From contig NW_026935291.1 in assembly GCF_032062105.1 (NCBI RefSeq), positions 434,001 to 498,000 of the forward strand: DNA of 64,000 bases. Direction: 5' to 3'. Below the pieces are notes generated by a model, which saw only the letters and a list, made by a program, of their open reading frames with translations, was not told the DNA's origin and made no database searches. Source of the DNA: Saccostrea cucullata. Lineage: Eukaryota. Below, in pieces: positions 26,101-39,500 of the stretch; position 1 is the first letter of the stretch; each line of letters opens with the position of its first letter. Both the position numbers and the translations under genes were made by a program.

Positions 26101-27648
26101 GGGACTGTATCCTTATTCCAGCAGGTATATTTACATGTGCCAACATGCAAAAGAAATTTTTGATATAAAAATACACAATGTTTATTCATAGCTTTGTATA
26201 CGGTCTTGATTTAAAAAAGTGCCTATATTATCGGGATTAAATTGAGATATGTTGATTTCAAAAATTAAACCAAAAGTATATCACAGCAAGTACCATCGAG
26301 AATAAACCATTTATTTTATTTAAAATGAATGATATATATTAGTTTTGAAATGCATGAAACTAAATTGAGTAAATTACATGTGTTAAAGAGAAAAGCGTAA
26401 TACATGTCATTTTATTTTACGTATCCCTGTCTCTTTAATAGCACTGTTAAATATGTTTGTTTGATTATAGGATATTTACACCAGGTCCGCTCCTATGGAC
26501 GAAGTCTTTCTTATTCTATACTGTTCTCTCCGTCTGTGGAATACGATTCTTCTGACTGTAAGAAAGTCCTCTCAGCTAACGATGAGGTTAAAGATGAAAA
26601 CGACTCGACAAAGAGAGTTTCCCTGGCGGATGCCAGTTACATGTGGATAGACAAAAATGGCAGCAGGGTATACTGATACTTTTTAGAGCATAAATATATC
26701 TAGAAGTTAGAACTGCGTTAAATATAATGAGAAAATTCAGGACAATATCCACTGAAATTGATATCTTTTGGTCCGTTATTAATCCCTAAACAGTCGAAGT
26801 GAAGTTCATCTAAGACTGATTTATCAAACCATATAGACACCGGTTTCTAAAAATTTAAGCCAGTGTGACTCTCATTCAACAAATTCAAAATATAAATGAA
26901 ACGCAGTGGCATGTTTTAATATTGACAAGATTACCTTGTGTGGATTCGATTTCAGTTTGATTTTAAAGAAATTCGCAATATACAATATATAAACAAACTG
27001 GTTGCCTAAGGCTTATTATCATTGACTATTATGTCAATTTATTTTCATATGAAAGGTCAATCTGAGTTGAAACCAGTCGGCCTAGTACCTAGAAATAGAC
27101 TGAGAATGGAGTGAGCAGATCAAAGGATCTAATTTCAATTAGAGTTTATTCCACGTTTAAATAAGATGTTTTGGTGAATTATATATTTTTTTCTTTTCTT
27201 TCTATATTCATAGGTGTTGAATCCAGAGAGAATGGAACCCGATGAATTGAAAACTACGCTGCTTCATTTATTAAGAACAAAAAATCATTTTTACATTGAA
27301 CAATTTGAACATTTTTATAATGACACAATGAAAAAGGTAAATATGTTTTTTTTTTCATTATAATATGCAATATCACTGTTAATATGAAATTATCAATTTC
27401 ATTTGTGGTTGTTAATATGGGTTTTTATTGGCAAGAAATATTCAATCATACATTATATTTTTAATTTTCAGTTCGAAGTAAAGCCAAAAGCCACGGAGGT
27501 TTTTAGTTTGCTTACTTCCGGTTTAGGTCGTGATTATCTGACCAGAAATGACATCATCGATCTTAGTGCTGATAAAGTGACATCACTCTCATATGTGCTC
27601 AAAGAAGGCCAACTTCCGGTGACGATTGAAAAACGAGTAGAACTTTAG
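23173..27648 (+). CDS. ER-luminal JmjC/cupin-8 fold protein, 438 aa (JMJD5/7/8-like), with signal peptide and C-terminal RVEL
   Basis: Exons 23173-23332, 23573-23741, 24184-24349, 25610-25801, 25992-26124, 26471-26667, 27214-27336, 27472-27648; 1317 nt and phase-consistent. Signal MMSLHVTILILSAVLQSCFA. JmjC signatures KYINNKKPVLI, NWESDVYLKQHFG, LWMSSGGTSSRLHSH, CVLFGRKDF, LLSGDCILIPAGYLHQVRS. Ends KRVEL*. Confidence 0.88.
24413..24699 (+). mobile_element. tRNA-derived SINE
   Basis: A box (gtggcacagtgg), B box (gggttcgaatcc), central GGATGAAACCGTATGAACCGAGGTCCCGTGT...GCACGAAAAAGATC segment (Deu/Nin- or Meta-type by recollection, unconfirmed), A/C-rich tail. Confidence 0.85.
24819..24918. mobile_element. 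100-bp MITE
   Basis: TIRs gcatcgtcgcaaaccacgg / ccgtgatttgcgacgatgc. A related end fragment lies at ~54128-54168. Confidence 0.65.
25235..25539 (-). mobile_element. tRNA-derived SINE, full length, same family
   Basis: Reverse-complement copy with B box (gggattcgaaccc on +), head ...gcgggcgac and (ATTG)n tail. Confidence 0.88.
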
Positions 27649-27855
27649 TGAACGTTTTCAAATATCATTGTTCTAATCTTCACCCTGAAGTCATGAAATA
27701 ATATTTTTACAGTGTACCTCATCCATTGTATACCTAACACGGTTTCGTCCACAATGGGGGGTCGGGTATCCATTACTTTTTAAGGAAACCTAATGTTCTT
27801 CATTTCATTGTCAGATTAGGCATTTTTTAACGATTTCGGTTTAGTTAGAGATATA

Positions 27856-28818
27856 CGAGGGGTGATCAAAAAGTTCGCAAACTAATTGAATAACTTCCAT
27901 ACAAGAAACAATATTTGGTTTTAATGTTGATTATATTTTAAATTAATCTTCCCTGATTTTAATGCACATCAACCACCGTTCTGCGCATGCGCGAATCACG
28001 TGATATTGGCGGTCACGTGACCCCCTCCATAGCGTTCTGTCACAAAAGTTAAAAGATTTTTCCGAGTTTTATATTTCTTTCCATGTGAGTTAATTTTTAT
28101 GACAAGAACAGTTAATTTGTCAGAAATGGTCATATCTCGGCAACAGAATGGGTGGATAATAACATCCTTTCCAAAAATAAGCATGGCGACCATTAAAACA
28201 CAAATCTTCTGTCTCAGCGGAGACCTTTATTCAAGGTGGATAGAGAATGGGTGCATCCTTTTTATCATATCTAATATGTTTAAAATCTAAAGTAAACGAT
28301 ATCTTAGGTATTTAATACTTATATCATTGTTCAAATATTCAACTATTTTTCAAAGTGCTAATTGGAGGTCTTTGATAGCAAATTGCTTAATTAAAAATAC
28401 ATATCTTTTCAAACTTGCTTTCACTGGGCAAGATGACAAGTATCATTTTTAACCATCAGCCTTCCTTCACTAAAACGATTAATCCAGTCATTAATTGAAT
28501 TTATAGGAACTCATTTATCTCAATAAACTGTGTACAAATTATTATATGATACTGTAGAGGGATTTCTAAGATATTACAATAAATTGTACAGTCGTTTGTT
28601 GAAGAGTTCGACTGAGACAACCATTTTTCGTCACAAGTGACCTAAATAGTGACGTCATTTTCACATTGTGACGTCACAAACAAGGTGAGAAACTTTATTC
28701 AACATATATGCTATTTATAGACCTTGTGTATGGCTATGTGTGTACCGAATTTCATTCTAATCTGAATTGTGGTTTTGTAGATATAGAGATAGTTTGCGAA
28801 CTTTTTGATCACCCCTCG
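27856..28818. mobile_element. Mariner-type MITE with perfect 29-bp TIRs and TA TSD
   Basis: TA|cgaggggtgatcaaaaagttcgcaaacta ... tagtttgcgaactttttgatcacccctcg|TA. TIR related to that of 15736-16774. Confidence 0.9.
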
Positions 28819-29156
28819 TAGATAGAGATAGAGATAAATGAAAATGAATGTATGTCCATAGGATTAAGAATTTTCATTTTGAAAGAGGACAACGATCGTA
28901 TTGTTCAATTCTTTTTTTATATACGTTATGAACAACATTTCTACGCAACTTTCATCTATAAGTACTTTATGTATATGATTGTATCACTTTTAATTTAAGG
29001 ATTTGACCTTCTTATAATATAAAAAGAAACCTTCCAGTTTCTGTGGACTTTTGAGGAATGAATGCAATTTACTCGTTTTATGTTCAGCAGAATGAAAAGA
29101 GAGAATTTATGATTCATTTGTTTATTAAGGGATAAGATTCGTAGTGTTGACGATTA

Positions 29157-30182
29157 TTAACAGGGTCCAGAATGCACGGCGTGTAGTTCATGTCCGTGTC
29201 CATGGCACTCGGCTTTGGCAAACTCACAGCTAATAAAAATCATAGAAAAGATTAAGAAACATGATATATTCATAGTATTTTAGCTTTAAATAGACATAGT
29301 ACTTTACATACTGTATGTCCATAATGTTTGTCGTTTAATCCCACAATTAAGAAAGATTTCACATAATCTGTTCTAGATTTATTTTCACTGTACCTGTTAT
29401 GGTAGGTCACTCCGTCTGATCCACACACAACTTCTGCTTCGAATGTGGAGCAGTCCTGTTGGAGGACATGGTGGCAGAGTTCTGACCCTTGGGGTGGCTT
29501 CTCACCCTGGATGACTATAATAATAAGTACGATAATACATTAATGTAGCTGATTGTTTTTAAATTTTAATTAATACGTTTCTGCCATCGATGATGAAATA
29601 AAATAAGCCCCTTTGATTCCTTTGCCAAAACAGATTTTTCAAGAGTTTGGAATTACGATTTCTTGTTTAGATTAAAGAACGTTGTTCAGACTGTGTTACA
29701 AGATCATTTATTTTGTGAATATTTAAATAAAAAATGCGATTCGTATGTTCAAAATTGGTTATCTACCCAACTGATATTCACGTGATACTGATTTTAATTT
29801 GTTTTTGTGTCGCCCGCGTTGCGCAGTGGTATAAGAGCGTTTGCTCTAGATTTGCGAAGTAAGGAGTCGATCCATACGTCGAGGGTACGAATCCCACTGT
29901 GGAGACCGGTCCTTCGGATGAGACTGTATAAACTGACGTCCCGTGTCGCAGTAGGTGCTGGCACGAAAAATATCCCTCACTGCTCAATGGCCGTAAGTGC
30001 CGAGTGTAGGACAAAATTTGCAGCTATCCACCGCCATATGAGTGAAAAGTTCTCGAGAGGGGCGTTTAACAACTTACAATAAGTAATTTGAGGATATTTT
30101 TTGCTTTGTTATTCTATCATTTTTGCCTGTAAACATACATACCCACAACAAGAACCAAAAGAGCAACAGCCTTGATCATCAT
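29157..30182 (-). CDS. Secreted single-domain Kazal-type protein, 77 aa, His-rich
   Basis: Exons 30182-30143, 29514-29394, 29229-29157 (40+121+73=234 nt, GT-AG). MMIKAVALLVLVVVIQGEKPPQGSELCHHVLQQDCSTFEAEVVCGSDGVTYHNSCEFAKAECHGHGHELHAVHSGPC*: signal peptide, six Cys, Kazal motif VCGSDGVTY.N.C...C...H.GPC. Confidence 0.92.
29809..30080 (+). mobile_element. tRNA-derived SINE, in Kazal intron 1
   Basis: Head gtcgcccgcgttgcgcagtgg, degenerate B box gggtacgaatccc, ggtccttcggatgagac...cccgtgtcgcagtaggtgctggcacg core. Confidence 0.88.
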
Positions 30183-30790
30183 TGTTTCGGAAATGTGTTC
30201 AAACCACACTGTCTTATCAGCTGTGATAATTCTAAGGCCATTGAGAGTCACGGAATCCTGTGTGTCCCGAAGGTTTTTGTTAAAGAGCCTTGTGTTTGCG
30301 TGGCATTTACGACTTACATAACAACAGAAGCGAATTCTTAAGTGGATTGTATTAAATCAAAAATAAAAACAAATTATGGTAAAATGTTTTGTTTTCATTT
30401 TTGGTTTGATAAAGTCCGTGAAAATGCTCTTTTATTAGACATTGCCCAGATGTATGCATTTTTGAAATTTTTAGATGTAGAAACGATTGGCAGTTGCGGA
30501 CAAGAATTGAAAATAATCGAATGATTGATATCTAACATGACTAATTATAAATGTTTGTTCTTTTTTAAATTTAATTTATGTTCAGGAAAGTATGAATTCC
30601 AATAAGATTTTGTGGACTTTAATACGGTAATTGGGTGTTCTTGACCTTGTTTGAAATATTTAGAAATACCTTAGAGTTGAACTGGCAACGAATCCTGATA
30701 GTTCTGGCAACTACAATGTATAGCTCTTTTCCTAGATTTCTTCAGCAACAGATTTACTCGTCTTTTCATAAAACTTGGAGTCAAAGACTA

Positions 30791-31404
30791 TGGTGTCCCG
30801 ATAGGGCCATTGCAAAAGTGTATTAGCGCGTTAGAAACAACGCGCAAGCGCGTTAATGACAATGCGCAAGCGCATTAATGACAACGCGCTACGCGTTAAT
30901 GACAATGAGTTGTGTGTTAGCGCGAAGTCGTGTTGTGAACAACGCGCTATCGCGTGGACATTAACGCGCTAGCGCGTTGTTAGAATACAACAATAGGGTA
31001 TTCTCATTAATACAAGAATACAACAAAACAAGAATACAACAATACAAGAATGCAATAATACAAAAATGCAACAATACAAGAATACTAAAGAGAAAAAATT
31101 TTAAAAGGCGTTAATAACGCGAAAAAAGGCGTAATAACGCCTTTTAATATTACAAGAATACAAGAATACAACAATAGAGTATCGTCATTAACGCGCTAGC
31201 GCGTTGTCATTAATGCGCTTGTGTGTTGTTAGAATACAACACGCTAGCGCGTTAATGATAACGCGCTAGCGCCTTGATCACAACACGACTTTGCGGTCAC
31301 ACACAACTCTTTGTCATTAACGCGTTAGCGCATTGTCATGAATGCGCTTGCGTGTTGTTTCTAACGCGCTAATACACTTTTGCATTGGCCCTATCTGGAC
31401 ACCA
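30791..31404. mobile_element. ~610-bp foldback MITE (TA flanks)
   Basis: TA|tggtgtcccgatagggccattgcaaaagtgtattagcgcgttagaaacaac ... gttgtttctaacgcgctaatacacttttgcattggccctatctggacacca|TA; long inverted arms of aacgcgctagcgcgtt palindromes around an (aatacaag)n core. Confidence 0.85.
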
Positions 31405-31412
31405 TAAAAGAC

Positions 31413-31703
31413 TGATTGATTGTATGTTGTTTAACGTCTCTCTTGATAATTGTTCACTCACTTGCCAGTGGAGAGCTACAAATTTTGTCCTATACTCAGC
31501 ACTCAGAGTTTTTGAGCAGTGCGGGATCTTTTTCGTCCCAGTACCTACATGTACTGCGACACGGGACCTCGGTTTATACGGTCTCAGTCGAAGGACCGGT
31601 CTCCAGGCCCCACAGTGAGATTCGAACCCTTGACGTAAGGATCGATTCCTTACTTAACTCTTAACTAGAGTAGACGTTCAAACCACTGCGCCACGCGGGC
31701 GAC
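31413..31703 (-). mobile_element. tRNA-derived SINE
   Basis: Same family; tgattgattg tail abuts the foldback element and the head ends ccacgcgggcgac. Confidence 0.85.
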
Positions 31704-33505
31704 GGGAGACAAAGAGACGTTGTGCTTGAGTCTTATTCTTCCCATAAAGCTTAGATATTTACCAAAATTAATATAATTTAAAAGCTTCAATTGCTTGTAA
31801 TCAAAGCTTTAAATACCAAACTACGAGTATTCAAATCTGCTTCGTGTTACCATTAAGAAAATTTGTTTCCGGTGGCTTGTGCTGCGTATTTGCGCGTTTA
31901 GCCACACCACTGATAAAATACAAATGTAATAATTTTTACGGCAAGAAATTATTCAGCCTCTTCTTTATCAGTTTCTATCTGTACTTTATCTCGGTCATCT
32001 TTGAAATTTATCCAAGGTTAGCCTTGTAAAGTTGTTTCAGTTCAAGTAAAAGGTATTTGTTCATCATCTATATTTATTTGTAAGCTTTAAATAACCTGAT
32101 CGTGATGTAAAGAGAAGTCTTATCCTCTACAACATGTTAATTTATTAATTTGCAACTGAATTATTTTTACAACGAAATCCAATGCATCATCGACAATAAG
32201 CAATTTTGCAATAATTATGTTGAAAGCAACAACAGACGATTAATATTAAGTATTCTTTTCCTTTAATTAAGCAAATGTGAATTTTGGACCATTCATGCAC
32301 TTAATTCATGATATTAGTGTATATGTACAAGTACTATATGTACTATATGTCCGCAAGATACTTTGAGATGTTACGGAAAAGGTTATCAACAGAAACTGCG
32401 CTGTATTGATAAATGTTGTAATTACTAAATTGACCCATATCTTCACATCAGTCCGAATTTGTATTTATCTAAGTTACAGTAACAACGAGTATCTTGAGGT
32501 CTTTGGGACCACTTTATTTGGTCGATGATTTTTTTTGAAGATTTTATTAAAACAGGTATTCATAATTATAAACCCCACCCATCAAAACCGATTGAATTGC
32601 CGGATACATGTATATTGACAGGAGAAAGGAAATTTAGAAAATTCAAAAATAGCACTGCATTCTCCTCCAATTAATAGTTCTGATTATACTGAAACAAGAG
32701 TGCACATATTTTTTTCAAGTTTCAAAGAGAATTATTTGCATTTGCATAACTATTTATGTCAACAAATTAAATCTAAATATTTTTTTTTATTCATTTGATT
32801 GAAAAATACATTGCTCTGATTTTTTAATAAGTGTAAAAGGAAAGAAAATCAAAAGATTTTGTTTTATTATAATTAATACCCTTGCAGTGAGTTCAAATAT
32901 TAGGTCATGCAAGTTCGTATTAGGGTAGGATGGGGTCTGGATCGAGTAATGCTTCTGTTATAAATTTGAACGGCTAGGGGTCAAATCATTAAAATGAAGA
33001 TTGTATTTGTTTTAATGGATCGGTCACACTTGGGTTTGTTGACAAACACTAAGACAGAAGTCAATTGATGTGATATTATTGATAAATCCTATATACCTGT
33101 TCCCAGAGATGAATGTGGCTTGTCTTGTTATCTGTATCATACTTTGCATTGTAAATAAAAGCATCTCGGAGTAACTTCAGGTTGAGGATACAATGGGGTG
33201 TTTTTATGCAAAATTAAAATATCAAATGAATTTAAGAACTGCAATTAACAAAAGATATTTTTTTCAAATTGTTTCTTGAAAAAAATCACGACATTGTCTA
33301 CCAAGCTGTTTGAAGTCTTATTTTAACTTGTCATCAGTATTACCCCCTTTGCAGGCCCCTTTGCATAAAGTCCAAAAATCATGAAAGTACATGCTTGTTA
33401 ATGATACACCTCCAAACTCTGAGGCTGCATGTTTCGTCTTTCGTTTGGGGGAGTGTGTAAATTATGGACATTTAATTACTTTTATTTGCATTTATAACTT
33501 AAAAA

Positions 33506-36500
33506 ATGTATTTCAAACCAGGATTAAGGATTCTTGGTTCTTTATCATTCATATTTCTACAGTATTTAAATTTTGGTAAGTAATACTTTATTTGCACCGA
33601 GATATACGGTAGGATCTATTACTAATATGTTTTTCCCCACTGTTATTTTATTTTGTCTGAGATTGAGACGATCTTACAATTCAATGCAATATATTTTGCA
33701 CATTGATACAGAGATGATTCGTTAACGGGATAAATTGTCATGCTTACTTGCTTTTAAAAGACTCGATAATAGTGCCTCAAAATATCGATTGAATCAAAAT
33801 ATTACCATAAGATCCTTTAAGCAATACCTTGAATCTTTGAAATTTCCCCCTTCAAAAATATGTTTTGTATACGAAAAATTTTAAAACCGACACAGACTAC
33901 TAACAAATAGGTTGATGTTACATGATTATTTACTGTCTTCTTTAATGCATTAATTGTCAAATTGTATGATCTTTATAATGATCTTGTTTAGAAAGAAAAT
34001 TTATTCTAAGTACCTTTTCAAAACAGAGTGATTATGGCGGATATGACTGTCGACAAAGGGATTTTTCCAGGCACATGATCCGAACCCTGATTTTCAAGTG
34101 TCAGATCAAAAAGTAAAATAGGAGGTCACAATGGAATTATGCAATAAGGATTCTGTGAAAGTATCATTAAGTTTTATTCAGTGGTATAGAAGGGGTTGGG
34201 GATAAGAGATGGGTACCCCTCAATATGATTATTATAAAAATATGGCAGTGCCCATTAAAAGTAAAATATGAGGTGCACAATGTCATTATGTATTCCTTGA
34301 AAGTCCCATCAAATATCATTAAGTGGTATTAGAGGAGTTGTGGATAGGAGATTGGTATCCCAAAGCGTAACGGACGGACGTACATTTTATCTTATATAAA
34401 GGTTTATCTTTGGTATCCCCGGAATAATATTAAAAGACAGTGAAACATAAAAGTACAGAAACCTCCGTTGCATTCAAATGAGAGGGAAAATTTAATTAAA
34501 TGTTTAATTTATTCAATTTAGTTTTATGTAAAAATGAAAATAATCAGAATTCTTGAACTGATGACAGCTTAAGAAATATGCCCTAGATTTCAATATATCT
34601 ATACCCCCGCTTGAAAAGCAAAAGGGTTTATAGTGATGGAGTTTCCGATCGTCCGTCTAGATGCTCTCAATGTTCAAAAATATCTTATTATATAGAAAAT
34701 AGATAGTTTTTGTAAAACAGGTTATGCATGTGAGCAAAGCCTAACAGATGTAACACGTGTGGATATTTGAGGTACATGTACTTCGTATTTTTTATAACTT
34801 CCCAAGATTCGTTAAAGTGTTATTTACCAAAATGAAATTCATGTAAATGTATCTGAAAAATTCTTATAAAAATACTGTTTTTAAAGAACATGGACTAGAT
34901 TGTATGTTTTCGCTCATTGTCAAAATTATTGGTAATTAGAAAAAAATCATGTGTAACTTATTAAATTGATTTAATCTGCAGAAAAAAACCTTTGAAAAAA
35001 TTGAGATATTGGTTTAAAAATAAATATCATTTTTGTAATTTACTAAAAATGTTTTATACTATTGTATTAAAGAAATTTATAAAGTTTAAATTTTGATGAC
35101 CAGTTTCAATGGTAATTAAAAATTTGCACCTTAAAATAAAAAAAAAGAGACATCATTAAACTTTTTTCCAAACAAAACAAAACAAAAAATTAAAATCTGA
35201 TAAACTCAGGAAACAAAGTTAATATATAATAACACACAGTATAACTTGGCAGACAATGTTTTGACCCGTACTTCTGTATCGGTTCAACCGTAGATAAGTT
35301 ACGGGTACTCTGTCGTATTAGGTTACAACTTAGAACTCATTGTATCACCAGGTTATCTTATCTTGACCCCCTTTTTGCCGTGCTATGTACAACAGGACCT
35401 GAAATCGTATTTTATCAATCTTTAATCCAGATCAAACACGATTATTTGTTTTCATAAATATATACATACCAAAAGTTTCGAGAAAATTTTATTATATACT
35501 AAATCTTACATATAGTTGCAAAAATTTTACTATTAGATTTTATATCCCCCACCTGAAAAGCAGGAGTACATACATATATTAATGGGAGTGTCCATCTGTA
35601 CCTCTTTGGGGGTACCCATCTCTTTTCTGTATCTCCTATACAACTGAATGAAATGTGAAGTCACATTCACATTATCTTTACTACGTATTCCCATGCATTG
35701 TATACCTCCATTATTATACCCCCTTGAAAAGTGGGAGGGTATATAGTAATCGTTATGTCCGTCCATCCATCCAGCTGTCTGTCTGCCCGTCCGTCCGTCT
35801 GTGACGCTTTGAGGTACCCATCTCTTATCCGCAACTCCTCTCATACCACTGAATGAAATTTAATGAAACTTTCACAGAATCTTTATTACATATTGCTCTT
35901 GTGCACCTCCTACTTTACTTTTAGATCCGACACATATTTTAGATTTCCCATAGCAAAACCTGGACACTGGCATTATATTCATGTGGGAGGCGGGGGTATC
36001 ATTTAGTGAGCTTTTTGCTCACAGTACGTCTAGTTTCAATTTTAAAATATGAGACAAAACGTTCATGTGTACTTTAAGTTTTCAATAACAAAGCATAACC
36101 ACTGTGATTCTTTCTATAGTATTTTGGGTATTCATCTCTTACCCGCAACTCGCTCTTCTCCTCTAAAAAAAACTAGAGGTACTGTTCACGAGCACTGAAC
36201 TCACTAAATAATATCCTCCGCCTCCCGTATGAATGATTATAATGGCAAAGCCCATGTTTTGCACTGGGAGACCCGAACTAAGTGTCCGATCAAAAAGTAA
36301 AATAGAAGGTGCACAATGACATTATGTAATAAGGAATCAGTGAAAGTATTATTAAATTTTATTCAGTGATATAAGAGAAGTTGCGGATAAGAGATGGGTA
36401 TCCTTCAGTATTGTAGAAAAAATGGCAGTGTCAATGCTTTGCTATGGGAAACCCGGAATATGTTTCCTATCAAAAAGTAAAATAGGAGGCCACAATGGCA

Positions 36501-39500
36501 CTATGTAATAAAAATTCTGTGAAAGTTTCCTTAAATTTTATTCAGTGGTATAAAAGAAGTAGCGGATAAGAGATGGGTTCCCCAAAGCGTAACGGACGGA
36601 CGGACATCCCGATCACTATGTATCTTCTCTCCTTTCAAGCGGGGGTATAACAATGAGCCTTTCACAGATCCTTATGAAATAGTATCAATGTGACCTCTTA
36701 TTTAATCTTTTGATCGGGTACATATTTTGGCTTTTCAGTAGCACATGGACTTTGCTATTACTCACTGTATCTTTAGGGGGAGTGAGGGGTTAATTTGTGA
36801 GCTCATTGCTCTTAATATGTATAATTTAAATGGATTTAAAATAAAGTCTAATGATGACGAAACCAAGAATAAATTGCCAGCAAACTAGCAAATAAGAAAA
36901 ATTAGAAACTGAAGTATATTTTTTCTGTTAGTAACTGCTAATTCGTAAGGTAAAATTGAGAAGGAAAATTGAGTATATATTATATATTTTCAATATTTTT
37001 CAAATAAAGGTCTCCTTTTACAAGAGTTTTTTGAATACAATGAAGTGCATTCATTCCTTAAATTGAATTATTCAAATATTTTATAGAAATGGTTGTCTTT
37101 CGCAATAGTTTGTCAATGGAACGCCTCAACTGCCTAATGTAGACAACTTTAATGTTGAACTTAAGAAACTTTAAATTTTATGCTCACACCTTCACATTAT
37201 ATGTTTTGATACTTTGTTTTATGTAGTCATTTTGATATTATATGCTGATACTTTTACAATATTATGCTATCACTTAAATATTATATGCAAATACTTTGAC
37301 ATTATATGAAGATACTTTGATATAACATGCAGATCAATACTTTAACAACATTGTACATAGAATGCCGAAACTTTGACAATATTTGCATTTAATATTTAAA
37401 GTATCGGTATATCATGATAAAGTGCTAATTATGTTAGGAAGTTTTAGCATATAAAGACAAAACATCAGCATATTATGAAGAAAAAGTATCAGCGGCAAAC
37501 AAGACATAGAGAAAAGTAGTCAAGCACAAAATCCCATCGACAAAATATAATCGGAAAAATCTGTAATAGACAAGCAGTGTGTAAATAATGATCTAACAAT
37601 TACACGTAGTATGAACAACGTCAGCCAGCATACGACTTAAGGACAGATTATATTTGCTGACAATTGCAAGGTCATTACATCGACCATAAAAGTTGCAAAA
37701 TGTTAATTTTAAAACGAGACTGATTATCTTTGTTTTATAAATTTGTTTGTCACTTGCTTGCCTCAATTTAGAAATTGTTCATGCGTAGAGCATGCTCTTA
37801 CGTATTGAATCAACTCTGAGACATAATATTCATGCAGGTGATTATGGTATATTGTTTCATAATTAAGGAAAGTTGACGATAAAAAAGTGAAAGTCATCAT
37901 GTTTATCATTAAATTTTGATATTAAGTTACCTTTAACGTCTTTTCCTGGCAAAATATACAAATATTATGAAGAAGTATCATGGCAATTCAAATAACCAAG
38001 TTAAAGAATTGAGGCGTCCGATATTGATGGAACATACTTGTGAAACTAAATCAAATATTTTTTCTGTGTGCTCCATATATAAAAATGCCGAATTTGGTTT
38101 TACAGTTTCATCAACTAATCAAAACTGTCCACTGTACTGGTCAGCATATGCAAATGTATGTTATCGATTTCGTTGGGTGAATCTCAAAAGTTGGAATGAA
38201 GCGAAAGCATGGTGTGCATCACAGGGTGGGGATCTTCTCAAGCTTGAAAACAATTCAGAAAGAGTAAGTCATTCATTTATGTTAGGAAATTACAAAAGGA
38301 CAATAAAGCAAAATGTTTTAAGTCAGAGAATGGCAAAATGACTAATCTGAGTGTAAAGAACATTAAATAATAACTACCTCATTGCGTTCTAGAAGACACA
38401 ACCATTTTTTGAATGATTAATGAATTCAAAATTTCTCCGATTTATACTTTGATTGTGTCTTGTACTATGTTTTCTTTTCTTCAGACGTATATTACAAATG
38501 CAATTAAAAACATAGTGCAACACAATCATTTAAGAAATGCGAAGTGGTGGTTGGGTATGAACAACAAAAACCCACAATCCCAAGCCTGGGTGTGGGGGGA
38601 TAAATCACCAGTGACTCAAGACATCATGTAAGTTACCTTATCAAATTTATCTTTGTTTATCTCCCCAATGTCAAAATGTTTTTACTGCACATACATCCAT
38701 GGCAAACTCGTCCACTGAACCCATTTGCAATTAAACAGCGTCATCAGCAAACAGATTCATAACATTCTTCAATGAAATCATTTTTCTTGCTAAATATATT
38801 AATTTCCTTCTACCAAGTAAGTATTGCCAAAAAAAGCTATAATAAATTACTACATCCTAGTCATGCAGCATAGAAATATGAATCAAAAGTAATAAAAAAT
38901 ACATTATACCATATACAAAGCTGTACGTTATGTCACAGTGGTAAATACACGTTCACAATAACCATAATTTTGTAACAACAAAATTCAGAACAACTTACAT
39001 GATCATATTCAGATAATTTTTTCCATTTCGTTCCAATAACTATTTTTTTCCAATAACCCTTTACAATACGATACATTTTAAATACAACAGAAAATATTTT
39101 CTCAAAATAATGATAATGTATAATTTTGTAATGCTGCAAATCGGTGTAAATTGTAAATGGATAAACTCTGTGCTTGGGTATCTCATACCATGTATGGTAG
39201 TATAAATTCTTATACATGTACCGTCTATATCTCGTAAAGATGGTATAATATGTCAAAATATTTGTATACAGAACAACATAAAATAAATATACTCTAAATA
39301 TTTGAAGCCACTACCCCAAACACATTCATTGCCCCAACTTGCTACATGTGTAAAAGATAACCAGTTTGGTACTGTTCTCCCCTTAAGATCATCAGCTACG
39401 TGTTAAACTGATCATCACTAGTTAAAATGCTGAAACATTTTAACATCACATCAATTCAATTGAAAGTGCAATATTCCTATCTTAATTACATAAAATACAT

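Noticed and set aside
33109-33174. Hydrophobic mini-ORF MNVACLVICIILCIVNKSISE as the lectin signal exon
   Set aside because: It has no convincing phase-1 donor to join the 38106 exon; 33506-33575 fits with a consensus G|gtaagt.
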